Assembly: GCF_030028105.1 (NCBI RefSeq)
Contig: NC_092381.1
Location: forward strand, 28,561,550 to 28,625,549
DNA length: 64,000 nucleotides
DNA from: Mobula birostris
Taxonomy: Eukaryota
Direction of reading: 5' to 3'
A program made the position numbers and the translations under genes. Of this stretch, positions 12,401 through 25,556 are shown piece after piece. How positions within the stretch are numbered: position 1 is the first letter of the stretch; each line of letters begins with the position of its first letter. The notes under the pieces were generated by a model. The model was not told where the DNA came from and made no database searches. It saw only the letters and a list, made by a program, of their open reading frames with translations.

Positions 12401-15400
12401 GATATGGGCCAAATGCAGAGAAATGGAACTAACTAGCTCAGATAGACATCTTGGTCAGCATGGAGGAACTGGGGTGAAGGTTCTGCTTTTGTGCTGTATA
12501 AACTATATGCATCTAGTCTTTGCAGCAGCTGCTCACTTCTCTCTCCCAACCTGCTCACTCAAATCAACTAAATGAATTTTTTTAAAATATAATGCAAAGA
12601 ACAACTCAGCAACCTAGATCTAAAGTATGCTATATAATATGTCTCACTTCCTCATGTTTTTGTCTAATAGAGGCAATGAGTGCAGGTGACAGCCATGAAG
12701 AAGGGAGGCTGGTTTACCGTTATGGTGGTGTGCCTGTTGGATCATTCGCACAGCTACTTGTAAGGCCTCTGGTACCAAAAATTGCGCATGCTTTGTTTAT
12801 GGATGTTACTCATGACAACGAGTCATTGATTCAGGTACAGCATATCATTATTATTTTTGTTATCATTACTCAACAAAACGGCAGGTGAAGATATATCTCT
12901 ACTAAAAGAGGTGTAAGAAGCTCCTTCCCTCTGCTAGCCTGCAGGTGACCCTTGGTCAAGGTGTAACATCTGCTTACTCCCCGCCCCCCCACTCGGATCA
13001 GGGCCACGTGAAGCCAGGGGGCAGTTGGTGGATATCTCAAGTCCTGGTTATGCAACCACTGAAGCCAAGCAGACAATTTCTGAAGAGTGTTGATTATGGC
13101 TGGGGTCACCCATCTTATAAAGACTCTGTCCAGGAGAAGGCAATGACAAACCACTTCTGTAGAAAAATGTACCAAGAACAATCATGGTTAGGGACAGGAA
13201 GATCATAATCGCCCAGTAATATGCCACAACACATAATGATGATAAATTATCAAAGAGGTTGTTTGGGTGACACAGAAATTCCTTTGTATTACAAAAATTC
13301 CGGCTTCATTTTCTAAATCATACTGCATGTCTGTATGCTTTTAGGAAAATTATCGGATCAGGAAAACCTGCCTTAAATTACTTGCTGATTAAAGAGATAT
13401 TTGATATTTAGAAGTGTCTGGCAAAGTGATTATCAAATTTTTCAGTAAGTGCAAATCCTTCTCAAAGATGGTATGTTTCTCATCTAAATTTGAATAGGAA
13501 TGCAAGTTGATGGGAAATTACTGAGCAATATGAGTTGAAACTGAGATCAAACGCTATTCTAACGTGGAGTGCACTATAATATGTTGCTTTTTATGTTGGA
13601 ACATATTTTCATTTTCTTTGAACCAACAAATTGACAATTGGCATACAAGTTACTCTGAATAATTTCCTTTTGATTCAGACTGGTCTACTAATCTTCATAA
13701 TGCATAAATTTATTTTCTTTTGTTTACAGTGCCGTTCTGCATTTGATGCTCTTCCCAGTGCAACCATTATTTCAATGGCTTGCTGTGCCTCAGGAAGTAC
13801 AATGGGCTTTGATCACTTAGTTCCACATCAGGTTAGTTTGAGGTGCATAATTTTATGTAAAGTAGAAAATATTTGCATTTTTAAGTTTTGTTCTGTATTC
13901 TGATATTAAAATCCTGATTAATCAGAATCTCTCATTATAAGAAAACTGTTCTGGTGGATCTAAAGCAAAATCAAATGGTGAGATCACTCAGCAGATCAGG
14001 CTGAATCTGGCTGAAGAGAAGTAATGTTAACGTTTCAGGTGGAAATTTGACTTAAAACATTAACTCTGAAGATAGTGAAGCAATTGTGTTAAGTGGTTGC
14101 TTTCCATCAAGCTGGAATACTTTATTTATTTTCTATTCCAAACTCAAATTTTAATTTCATTCTTTTTAGTTTAGTTTAAAAAGTGCTTTTTCAGATATGA
14201 AGTACAAAGTGGTGGTAACTACAGATATTATTCTAATCATGTCTTGTTGGAGTTTACAAGTATGATAGATATCGTTGTTGTTGGATCCGACTGATTAATC
14301 AATATTTTCTTTGCAGTTTAACAATTAATTGTCTGCTTGTATTTTATATGCTTATATGCAAGTAACTGTCTAGTATGCTTCCTAGTTGTCACAGTGTAAA
14401 TATGTAGTTGTTCAGTGTATCCTCTAGTTGTTATTTTGGTATAATTCTGGTAAGCTCTGGAGGATTCTTATAGTGCTGCATTATTTGAATAGGGGGTACC
14501 TCATTGGTTGACTCTTATCTACTAATTTAAATGGAATTTTCCTTATCTGTGTAGTATAAAAAGAGCTGCACCATCTTAGTTCTTTTTGCTTTTGTCTCCC
14601 TTTTGCTTACCAAGCTTCTATCACGGTGTGTTTCAACTTTCTATCAATACTTAAAAATATACTGTGAAGCAATAAATGTTGTGCCTCTTTCCTGACTTTT
14701 GGAAGAACCTTGTATTAAAACATCAGAAGGCAACATTGCATACACGCCTTAAAGGTTCTCACTGCTGTCTGTAAGGAGTTTGTACATTCTGCCCATGACC
14801 ACATGGGTTTCCTCTGGATTCTCCAATTTTCTCCCACATTCCAAAGCGTTAGTATGTTGTGGGCATGCAATGTTAGCACGGGAGGAATAGTGAAACTTGC
14901 GAGATGCACATAGCACATCCTCAAACTGTGTTGGTCGTTGGCACAAATGGCGCATTTCACTACAGTTTTAATGTACAGGTGACAAATAAAGCTATTTTAT
15001 CTATATAGGATGTATGTCAGCTGTTTTCTATATGTGGAAAGTTTAAAGACTAGAGGATAAAGTCACAGAATTAAAGGTTAGCTGATTAGCGCTAAAGTAA
15101 CCTGAAATAGCTTCTCATACAGCTTTGCAACTTTTCATAGATATGTCTTTGAGTTCTCAACTCATAGCCATGTCTCTGAATTCTCAGTTCACATCGAGGA
15201 CTGAGATTGACAGATTTATGTATATTATGTATGTTAGGGAAATGAGATGGGAAATACTGGATCAGATTTGATAATGACCTATGTCGGTATATCTCAGGGA
15301 GCTGGATAGTTTGCTCTTATTTCTATTTCTTATGTGCAATATAAAAAATAGATCATCAGCTTTGCAAGTTGGGTTGATGTGTTCTCTGATCTTAGCAATC

Positions 15401-18400
15401 CATAGATCAAAGGCCAACTCAACCCAACTATCATCCACCCGAGCTATGCATTTTCCCAGTTATTAGCTTTGTAAGTTTGACTTGGCCAGATTCTTTAGCA
15501 TGAATGTTTGCAATCATGTAGGAAAAAGATGTATGGAAGGTGTTTAATTTGAAAATTTGTTTGTTTATACCTCCAGTAATAATGGTGAGTTAAATATTAT
15601 AAGAAAAACATTATTCATTTATTTTTAATTCTGAGCATGCATGCCATGTCTCTATTGTTTGGTTTACTAGAATTTCTGATATTCTTACCTTGGCTTTTTG
15701 GCATATTAAATGCTACCTGTTTATCTGTTCCCTGTCTACCTGCGACATTATCATAATTGAAGTTGTAACAGTAACTAGGAGCAATTAAAATACAATATAC
15801 AGTACATATTTTGATTTCCTGCACATTGAAGTTTCTGTTTTCTGCCTTTACATGTTAATAGATATCCGTGGTTGGGGAAGAGAGGCTCTATCCCAAGTAT
15901 AATCCTGATGCAATTCCAGAATCTGCAGGGGAGCTCAGTGAAAACTCTGGAATCATTGCAGGAAAACAAGCAATTAACTTTCTTCATCGTCAACTAGGAG
16001 CTCAGTTATTCAATCAGGTGATGCAAAATGCAACAATTTTTTATTTAAATGCAGAAATATTGATCTAACTTGTGTGACTTGAATGAATTGAAATTGCATC
16101 AGGATTACGAGATCTTTCTTCAACTGTGTTGATATGTATTTTAAGGTGTATGTGGATCAAGTTGATGAGGACATTGTGGCAGTAACACGACATTGCCCAA
16201 ATACCCACCACTCGGTAGTGGCCGTGTCACGTACTGCATTTAGAGACCCAACAAAATATCACTACAAATCTGACCTACCTTCAATGTGCATCCCAGGTAC
16301 TGCTTCTACTTTTTTTTTAAACATATGTTTTTATCATCAAAAATGAGAACACTCTATATTCTTCCCAATGCAGTACTTGAATCATTAAGTTAGATGAGCA
16401 ACAAAAGTAACCCCTTCAACTAGTTCGCACCTCTTAAGTATCAGCTTGGTTGCTTCCAATACCAAGTCCACATTGAGTCCATATTGGCAATGCAATGTTT
16501 TGTACTTTTATCTTCACTGCATTTTTATCTAGGACTGAAGTAATCTTTAACCAATGACAAACTAACTTTGTGTATCCTATGAGGATATCCAGATTGGTGA
16601 GAGTAAGGATGAGACTGAGGTTTCATTAATGTTGAAAGGGTTGTATATTTATGTTTTAAATCCATAATCTTTCTTTTAATATTCCTTCAACTTCCCTTGG
16701 AGAATAGCTGATAGATGCAGGGGGATTGCCCCAAGAGTTTGAAACTTCATGTATGAAGCTGTCTAAGTCCTGCTGTACCACCTTGTATGCCTTTCAGAGG
16801 CTAGGTTGGGGAAAGATGATGAGAGCAAGTGGCCATAGGGCCAACCAGTTTTGGATAGTGTGGTTAGGATTGTAGGGCTGGAGGAGTGGTAGGAGCACTG
16901 ATGGAAACCTGCCTGATTAGAAAGTGGAGAATGATGGGGTGATTGGGGAGGGTTGGTGGATTCCTGAGATTCCATGGTCTGGTGAGGGAAAACCAGAAGA
17001 CCACAAATTAGGTTGTTGGTTTTCTGCACCAAGGTTATCCAAAACTCTGCTGTAATAAAACCAAAGCTTAATATATTTATCCTAATGATATCCTCAGTGC
17101 CTCACGGCCAATGAAGTCTCTGTGAAGTGTCAGTATTACAGTTGAACAAAGGGAACTATGGAGCTATGAGGGAGCAGCTGGCCAAAGCTCAATGGAACAA
17201 TACCCTAGCAGGGATGACAGTGGAACAGCAATGGCAAGTGTTTCTGGGAATAATGCAGAAGGTTCAGGATCAGTTCATTCCAAAGAGGAAGAAAGATCCT
17301 AAGGGGAGTAAGGGGAGGCTGTGGCTGACCAGGGAAATAATGGACAGTATAAAAATAAAAGAGAAGAAGTATAACATAGCAAAGAGGATTGGGAAACTTT
17401 TAAAGAGCAACAGAAGGTAACTAAAAAGGCAATACACAGAGAAAAAATGAGGTACGAAGGTAAACTAGCCAAGAATATGAAGGAGGATAGTAAAAGCTTC
17501 TTTAGGTATGTGAAAAGGAAAAAAATAGTTAAGACCAAAATTGGGCCCTTGAAGACAGAAACGGGTGAATTTATTATGGGGAACAAGGAAATGGCAGACG
17601 AGTTGAACAGGTACTTTGGATCTGTCTTCACTAGGGAAGACACAAACAATCTCCCAGATATAATAGTGGCCAAAGAACCTAGGGCTAGGGTAATGGATGA
17701 ACTGAAGGAAATTTATATTAGGCAGGAAATGGTGTTGGATAGACTGTTGGGTCTGAAGGCTGATAAGTCCCCGGGACCTGATGGTCTGCATTCCAGGGTA
17801 CTTAAGGAGGTGGTTTTAGAAATCGTGGATGCATTGGTAATCATTTTCCAATGTTCTATAGATTCAGGATCAGTTCCTGTGGATTGGAGAGTGGCTAATG
17901 TTGTCCCTGTCTTCAAGAAGGGAGGAAGAGAGAAAACGGAATTATAGACCGGTTAGCCTGACGTCGGTGGTGGAAAAGATGCTGGAGTCAATTATAAAAG
18001 ATGAAATTATGACACATCTGGATAGCAGTAACAGGATTGGTCTGAGTCAGCATGGATTTACAAAGGAGAAATTGTGCTTGACTAATCTTCTGGAATTTTT
18101 TGAGGATGTAACTATGAAAATGGACAAGGGAGAGCTAGTGGATGTAGTGTACCTGGACTTTCAGAAAGTCTTTGATAAAGTCCCACATAGGAGATTAGTG
18201 GGCAAAATTAAGGCACATGGTATTGGGGGCAGAGTACTGACATGGATTGAAAATGGGCTGGCTGACAGAAAACAAAGAGTAGCGATTAACGGGTCCCTTT
18301 TGGAATGGCAGGCGGTGACCAGTGGGGTACCGCAGGGTTCAGTGCTGGGACCGCAGCTGTTTACAATATATATTAATGATTTAGATGAGGGATTTAAAAG

Positions 18401-21400
18401 TAACATTAGCAAATTTGCCGATGACACAAAGCTGGGTGGCAGTGTGAAATGTGAGGAGGATGTTATAAGAATACAGGGTGACTTGGACAGGCTGGGTGAG
18501 TGGGCAGATGCATGGCAGATGCAGTTTAATGTGGATAAATGTGAGGTGATCCACTTTGGTGGTAAGAACAGGAAGGCAGATTATTATCTAAATGGAGTCA
18601 AGTTAGGAAAATGGGAAGTACAACGAGATCTAGATGTTCTTGTACATCAGTCACTGAAAGCAAGCATGCAAGTATAGCAGGCAGTGAAGAAAGCTAATGG
18701 CATGCTGGCCTTCATAGCAAGGGGAATTGAGTATAAGTGCAAAGAGGTCCTTCTGCAGCTGTACAGGGCCCTGGTGAGACCACACCTGGAGTACAGTGTG
18801 CAGTTTTGGTCTCCAAATTTGAGGAAGGACATTCTTGAGGGAGTGCAGCGTAGGTTCACAAGGTTAATTCCTGGGATGGCGGGACTGTCATATGTTGAAA
18901 TATTGGAGCGGCTGGGCTTGTATACTCTGGAATTTAGAAGGCTGAGAGGGGATCTTATTGAAACATATAAGATTATTAAGGGATTGGACATGCTGGAGGC
19001 AGGAAGCATGTTCCCGCTGATGGGTGAGTCCAGAACCAGAGGCCACAGTTTAAGAATAAGTGGTAGGCCATTTAGAAAGGAGTTGAAGAAAAACTTTTTC
19101 ACCCAGAGAGTGGTGGATATATGGAATGCTCTGCCCCAGAAGGCTGTGGAGGCCAAGTGTCTGGATGCTTTCAAGAAAGAGATGGATAGAGCTCTTAAAG
19201 AAAGCGGAATCAAAGGTTATGGGGATAAGGCAGGAACTGGATACTGACTATGGATGATCAGCCATGATCACAGTGAATGGTGGTGCTGGCTCGAAGGGCC
19301 GAATGGCCTGCTCCTGCACCTATTGTCTATTGAATATAATTCACTGATGTAGTAAACAAGCACAGAATTCAATTTTCATGCAGTAATGACTCACAAACAG
19401 CAATGAGATAAGTTACATGTAAAATTGTACTTTTGGTCATAATATATAGCTTTCTCCTTGTTCACCTTGTTTCTCATTGCGTTTTGACTGAATGTACTGA
19501 GAATTCAAACCACTCATCTTTATTGTAGGTAAAATAGAAGAGATTGTGTTGGAAGCCATGACCATACAAAGGAAAACTGCTTCTTACAAAAAAGATAAGC
19601 ATTTTATTAATGGGTTGCCACAATATATGGTGGATATCAAGGAACATTTGCAGGTAAAGATGCACATTTTCTTACAGTAGCATAGTGATTAAGCAATTGG
19701 ACCAGAGTTTACAAGGTCTGGATTACTGATCTGGCAGTGTGATTTCAAAGTTCCAATGTACCATTTTAGGAATTTAAATTCCAGTAACTAAATAAATCTG
19801 CAATTTAGAAGTGTCACTTATGGTGACTATGAAATTATTAGATTGTTGTAAAAACCCATTTTATTCACTAACTACTTCTGGGAAGGATCTTACATGGTCT
19901 GTCTATATGTCATTATGGACACATCCAGCTACACATTTATTTACCTTATTCAGAGATGCAGTGCAGAGTAGAACTTTGTAGCTCTTTGAGCCACACCACC
20001 CAGCAATCCCCAATTTTAGCCCTAAACTAATCACAGGACAATTTATAATGACCAATTAACCTATTAACCGGTATGTCTTTGGACTGTGAGAGGAAACTGG
20101 AGTACCCGGAGAAAATCCGAAACTGGAATTGAACTCCAAACACCTAAGCAGTAAGCTGTAATGGCACCACACTAGCCATAACACTACAGTGACGCCCAAG
20201 CCAGGGGCTAACTCTCAATCACTTATTCATGAACAAAGCCATTGAAACTTATTTACTCTGTTAATTGAAACCATAATTTTCTTTTTTTGTTAGTATTTTA
20301 ATGATTTTAACATATTTACCATTTTAATTGTTTTCATTGACTTAAAAAGTTTTTAAATGATTTTTGGTTGTCCAGGCCTTTTAAGAGGGTGTTAAGTGTT
20401 TTTTGCAACTAGCCTTTGAACCAACGTCATCATGATGGTCTTGTGTTGGAGCCTTGGGGTGATGCCTAAAGCTTGAATTCTGATCAGAGCCCAATGCACC
20501 AAGGGGAATGGCCCTCAGGTCAGAGGGTTTGCTTGTTCAGCCTTTTCGATCAAGATAAAGTTCAGCAGAGTGGAGCGCTGGGCAGCAGACCAGGTGCAGT
20601 CAAGACAGTATTACAGCAAAATAAACACCACAATATCTATTTTTTTTCAAGAGCCAATTCTGTATTTATTTTCTAGTTAAATGAAAGCAGGATTATTAAA
20701 GCAAAGGTAACTTCCAAGGATCGCAGTGACTACGTCTATGAAATTACATTTGAAAATTTTCCTCCTGGCAGCATCATTGTCTTCCGGTAAGTGAATTTCT
20801 TCCTTACAGTGACTAAAAATGAATTTGTTTAGTAATCTTAAAAAATTATATTGTGACTTTTGTTTTTGTGAAACATTTTATACGTAATAATCACCATGTT
20901 TGCAGGGTGAGTCTCGATCCAAAGGCTCAGCATGCAGTTGGAGTACTTCGCTATCATCTTAGCCAGTTTAATCCATTTTACAAAGCTGGCAGCATTGTCG
21001 ATAAGAGTGCTCCGCCAGCACTGGCTCGGTCGTTTATATCGTGAGTGCCTTATTTATTTTGGATTTTAAAATATACTTGTAGACGAGTAAGCTTTCAAAC
21101 AAAAAAATTTAAATTCAGTTATTTATTTACCAAAAATAGTCAAGCTTGTAATTTTTTTCTCAACATATTTTCTATTAATACAATTTTCTATAAGTGTCTC
21201 TCTGAAACATCGTTACCATTCACTTTATTTTTCAATGGTATGTATATCTATTACTTTTCTTGAATTAGGAAACTGGCTGATTTAGGCCATAAGACAAAGG
21301 AACTGAATTAGGCCATTCAGCCCATCAAGTCTGCTCCATCATTTCATCATGGCTGATCTGTTATGCCTCTCAACTCCATTCTCCCACCTTCTCCACCTAA

Positions 21401-24400
21401 CTAACCTGTGACGCAACTAATCAAGAACTTACCAACTTTCGCTTTGGAGGCCAAGTCATTGGGCATATTTAGAGTCGTCTGTGGTGATGAATTCCACAGA
21501 TTCACCATACCCTGGATAAAGGAATCCCTCCTCATCTCTGTTCTAAATGGAGATCCTTCTATTCTGAGACTGTCTTCCAATCCTAAACTCACCCACTATA
21601 GGAAACATCCTTTCCACATCCACGTACTATTTAGGCCTTTCAATATTTGATAGGTTTCAATGAGATCCTCCGCATTCTTCTAAACTCCAGTGAGGACAGG
21701 CCCAGGGCCATAAAACACTCCCCATGTGTTAACCCTTTCATTCCTGAAATAATTATTTATTTATTGATTGACTAATTGTTTGAAATGCAGTGCAGAGTAG
21801 AACCTTCCAACCCTTTGAGCCACGCCATCCAGCAATCCCTTAATTTAATCCTAACCTAATCACGGGACAATTTACAATGACCAATTAACCCACCAACTAC
21901 TACATATTTGGACTGAGAAGAAATCCGTCCAGTCATGGGGAGAATGTACAAACTCCTTACAGGCGGCAGCAGGAGTTAAATCCAAATTGCCTGTACTGTA
22001 AAGCATTGTACTAACACCTCTGATTTCTTAATTTTCTCCACATTTAGAAAATAATCCACACTTTTATTCCTTCTACCCAAGTGCAGGACTGTAGACTTCC
22101 CTACACCATATTCCAACTACCACTTCTTTGCCCATTCTCCTAATCTGTCTAAATCCTTCTGTAGACTTCCTGCTTCTTCACACTACCTGCCGCCCACCTA
22201 TCTTCATATATCGTCTGCAAGCTTGTCCACAAAGTCATCAATTCCATTGTCCAAATCATCAACATACTGTGTAACATGAAAAGAAGCAGTCCCAACACCG
22301 ACCCCTGTGAACACTGCTAGTCACCATCTGCCAACCAGTAAAGGGCATGAGTCACAAATTCGGAGGCAACTACTTGTTGGTTAATCTCTGGTGATCGTTA
22401 TTCACATGAAGGTTAAACAGTGGGCCTAGATGAAACACAGATCCATCTGTGCAACAACACATCATAAAAATGGTTGAGATTCCACGTCATTTGTGAACAA
22501 GGCCACCCAACAGTCTTAATCTCAAAATTCACGAGAATTATTTTAACATTGTATTCCTTCTAATGTAGCGTTTGTTAATGAGAGATTATTTTGGTTGATA
22601 TTCCCATAAACTTTGATTAATTCATCAAAGAGCTTCAATTGTTGAATTTCAAAACGTCTTTGAGTGGGGATAATTGTGGTCTTTTCCTAATCATTAAAAC
22701 AAAAGGGAAATGGGCCCTTAATTAAGATCAATACTTCAATTCTATTTGGAAATCTAATTTGTGTTTTAATGCTTAACAGGCTCCTTCTGTGGGTTTTTCA
22801 CATAACTGGATAGAATCTAGGTTCCTCCCGAAAGGAAAAGCTAAGGTGTTTTATTCATTCAGACAATTTTAAAAGCAGAAAATACTGCAAATACTTTGCT
22901 GTTTAAGCAGAATATTTACAACTGCTTTTGACCAGAGTATTTTTGGGCTCGTTTTATTTCAGATTCCTATCATCCTCAGAATGTTGCTTTTATATCATTC
23001 TTTGTTAAATGGGAGTTTGAATTGACAAAACTGAATTTCTGCATAACAAAACACACATTATCAACTTGTTGAAGCTGCGGTACTCTCCTGTAAATAGTAG
23101 TATTTTGTATTGTGGTATTTTGTCAACAAGTAATTATCCTATTTCTTTTTCATCAATAGAACCACTACCAATCTTACATTGGCTGACCTTAACATGTTAC
23201 TGTATCGATGTGATAGTGAGGAACAGGAAGATGGTGGTGGCTGCTACTTTATTTCAAATTTTGGGCATTTGAAATATGCAGGTTTGCAAGGTATGTGAAT
23301 CTGGTTTGCAAGGATACTGGGCCTAATCAAATTAAGGCACAATTAAATATTAATTTTGTTTTGATTAAATTATGTCAAATATTTTCAGTGCTTTTTTAAG
23401 GATTTGCTTTGATTAATTTGTGACTGGTTCTACCCTTGTTAATCAGATTAGGAGTTGGATATTAATATTTGTGTATTAGGACTGAATGTTCGGGGTACTC
23501 CCTGGACTGCAAGGGCATGACTTTTGGACCCCCCCCCCATACATATGAACAAGCATTTGTGTTGATCACGTTGGGCTGAGTGATTTCAACAAGGCAGAAG
23601 CTAGAATTTGTAATGGACTTCCCTGGACATTGATTACAAAGGAACAAATTAGCTAGCTTTTTTCCTCCCTGGTTACACTGGACAGCAAAAACTTTGCTTC
23701 CTAAATACTTTTGAGTTTATCTTGTGGATTTTGGACTGCTGATCATGAAAATCACTATGAAATTTCCCTATGACACACCATTTTTTTGTAATTGCCTATA
23801 TTTGTCATTTCAATTCAGAATAACTGATGCCAAGATTAAAGAAGGCATTTTTGTTGGTTCACAAATCAAACACGTCATCAGTGGCAGGCAATTTGAAAAA
23901 CTTCTAGTGGGACCAGAGAAAATATGTAGAAGGCATTGAAGGATGAAGAACTTCTAATGAGACCAGGGAAAATGCATAGAAGGCATTCAAGGATGTTGTT
24001 GAAAATTTTCTTGGCAACTACAGAGCATCAAACTACATGCAGCTGGTTGACAACATGCCATGAAGTGCAACATGTCACTAAAGATTCAATTTCTGACTTC
24101 CCATTTAGACGACTTCCCTGCAAATCTTGGTGTTGTCTGTAATGAGCATGGTGAAAGATTTCACCAGGACACTGCTGTCCTGGAGAAACCGTATCAGGGC
24201 AACTGGAATCCATTAATGCTGTCTGATTATTGTTGGACATTGAAACCAGAAGCCTCAAGCACTGAGTACAAATAAAAATCATCAACCAAACATTTTTAAC
24301 TTAGTTGAATTATTACAAAACAGGAGCATCATTAGGCAATTACATGTATTATGTTCAGTAAAAGTTAATTTATTGTTTCTCCAAATTCCTACGTGTTATA

Positions 24401-25523
24401 AGTAGACTGAAATTATTATTTGTGTTCAGCTTCAAGCAGTCTATCATAAACAAAAAAAAAAATCTGAGGAAGCACCACTTTCCAAAAAAAAAAATTGTTG
24501 TCCAGTGTTTCTATTCAGGAACCAATTTTGAAAGTGCATATCTGGATGGCATTTCACCACTGATTAGCCCGTGAAGTATTCACTGTGCTGGTTAATTATT
24601 TGGTGAGATGTTTAAGGATACATAATCACTACTTTTTACAAAAAGGATCAAGGCGTTAAATGGTACTGAATAGGTAATTGAACAGGTGTAATACCTATTG
24701 GACACACTGGATGGCACAGGTGAAATGACTTGATTCTTCACAAATCAAACCAGTGCCATTTAATCACACCTTGTATTCAACATAAATAACCTCTTGAGGA
24801 TCAGTTTAATTTTGTGTAAATGAATGCTTAATCTCCTGAGAGATATAATCTAAAACAGATTTATGGTAAATTAATATTCAGATGTTAAATGGAGAGATGA
24901 GATAGCATATGCTGTAATTTTGAGCATAATGCAAACTGCTGGGGGACTCGGTGGGTCAGGCAACATCTGTTGAGGTAGATGGTGTTTCGGACGGGGACCC
25001 TAAATCAGGATCCCTGCAGTCCTGAGGCAGGGGCTTGACAAAGATGGTGACCATCACTCTGCCTTGGCACATGCTGCTGGACCTGCTGAATTCCTTCACA
25101 ACTTTTTTGTTTGCTCTGAATTTAAATATCGTAGTATTTTTTGACTGAAATATAGTGGACAATTAGTATATAATAGGATTTGTAATACAAATGGTTTCCC
25201 TCAGTAAATGTAATTGAACTACTGTGCTTTACTAGGATTCATGTCGGTACTCGCAGATATCCGACCCAACAATGACCTAGGGCATCCTTTGTGTGAAAAT
25301 CTGCGGGCTGGAGACTGGATGATGGACTTCATAAGTAGTCGTTTGATCACACATGGCGGCAGTCTTGCAATGGTGAGCTGATGTTGGTTTGTGTGTTTGT
25401 TTATGTGGTCACATGCATATAACTTGTATATAGAAGCAAGTGAAGGCAATTTTCACCTTAGTACCTTCTCTAACACTCAGTAAGATCATGGCTGATCTTT
25501 TAATGACACTTTTCCACCTGAAT

Positions 25524-25556
<33 letters not shown>

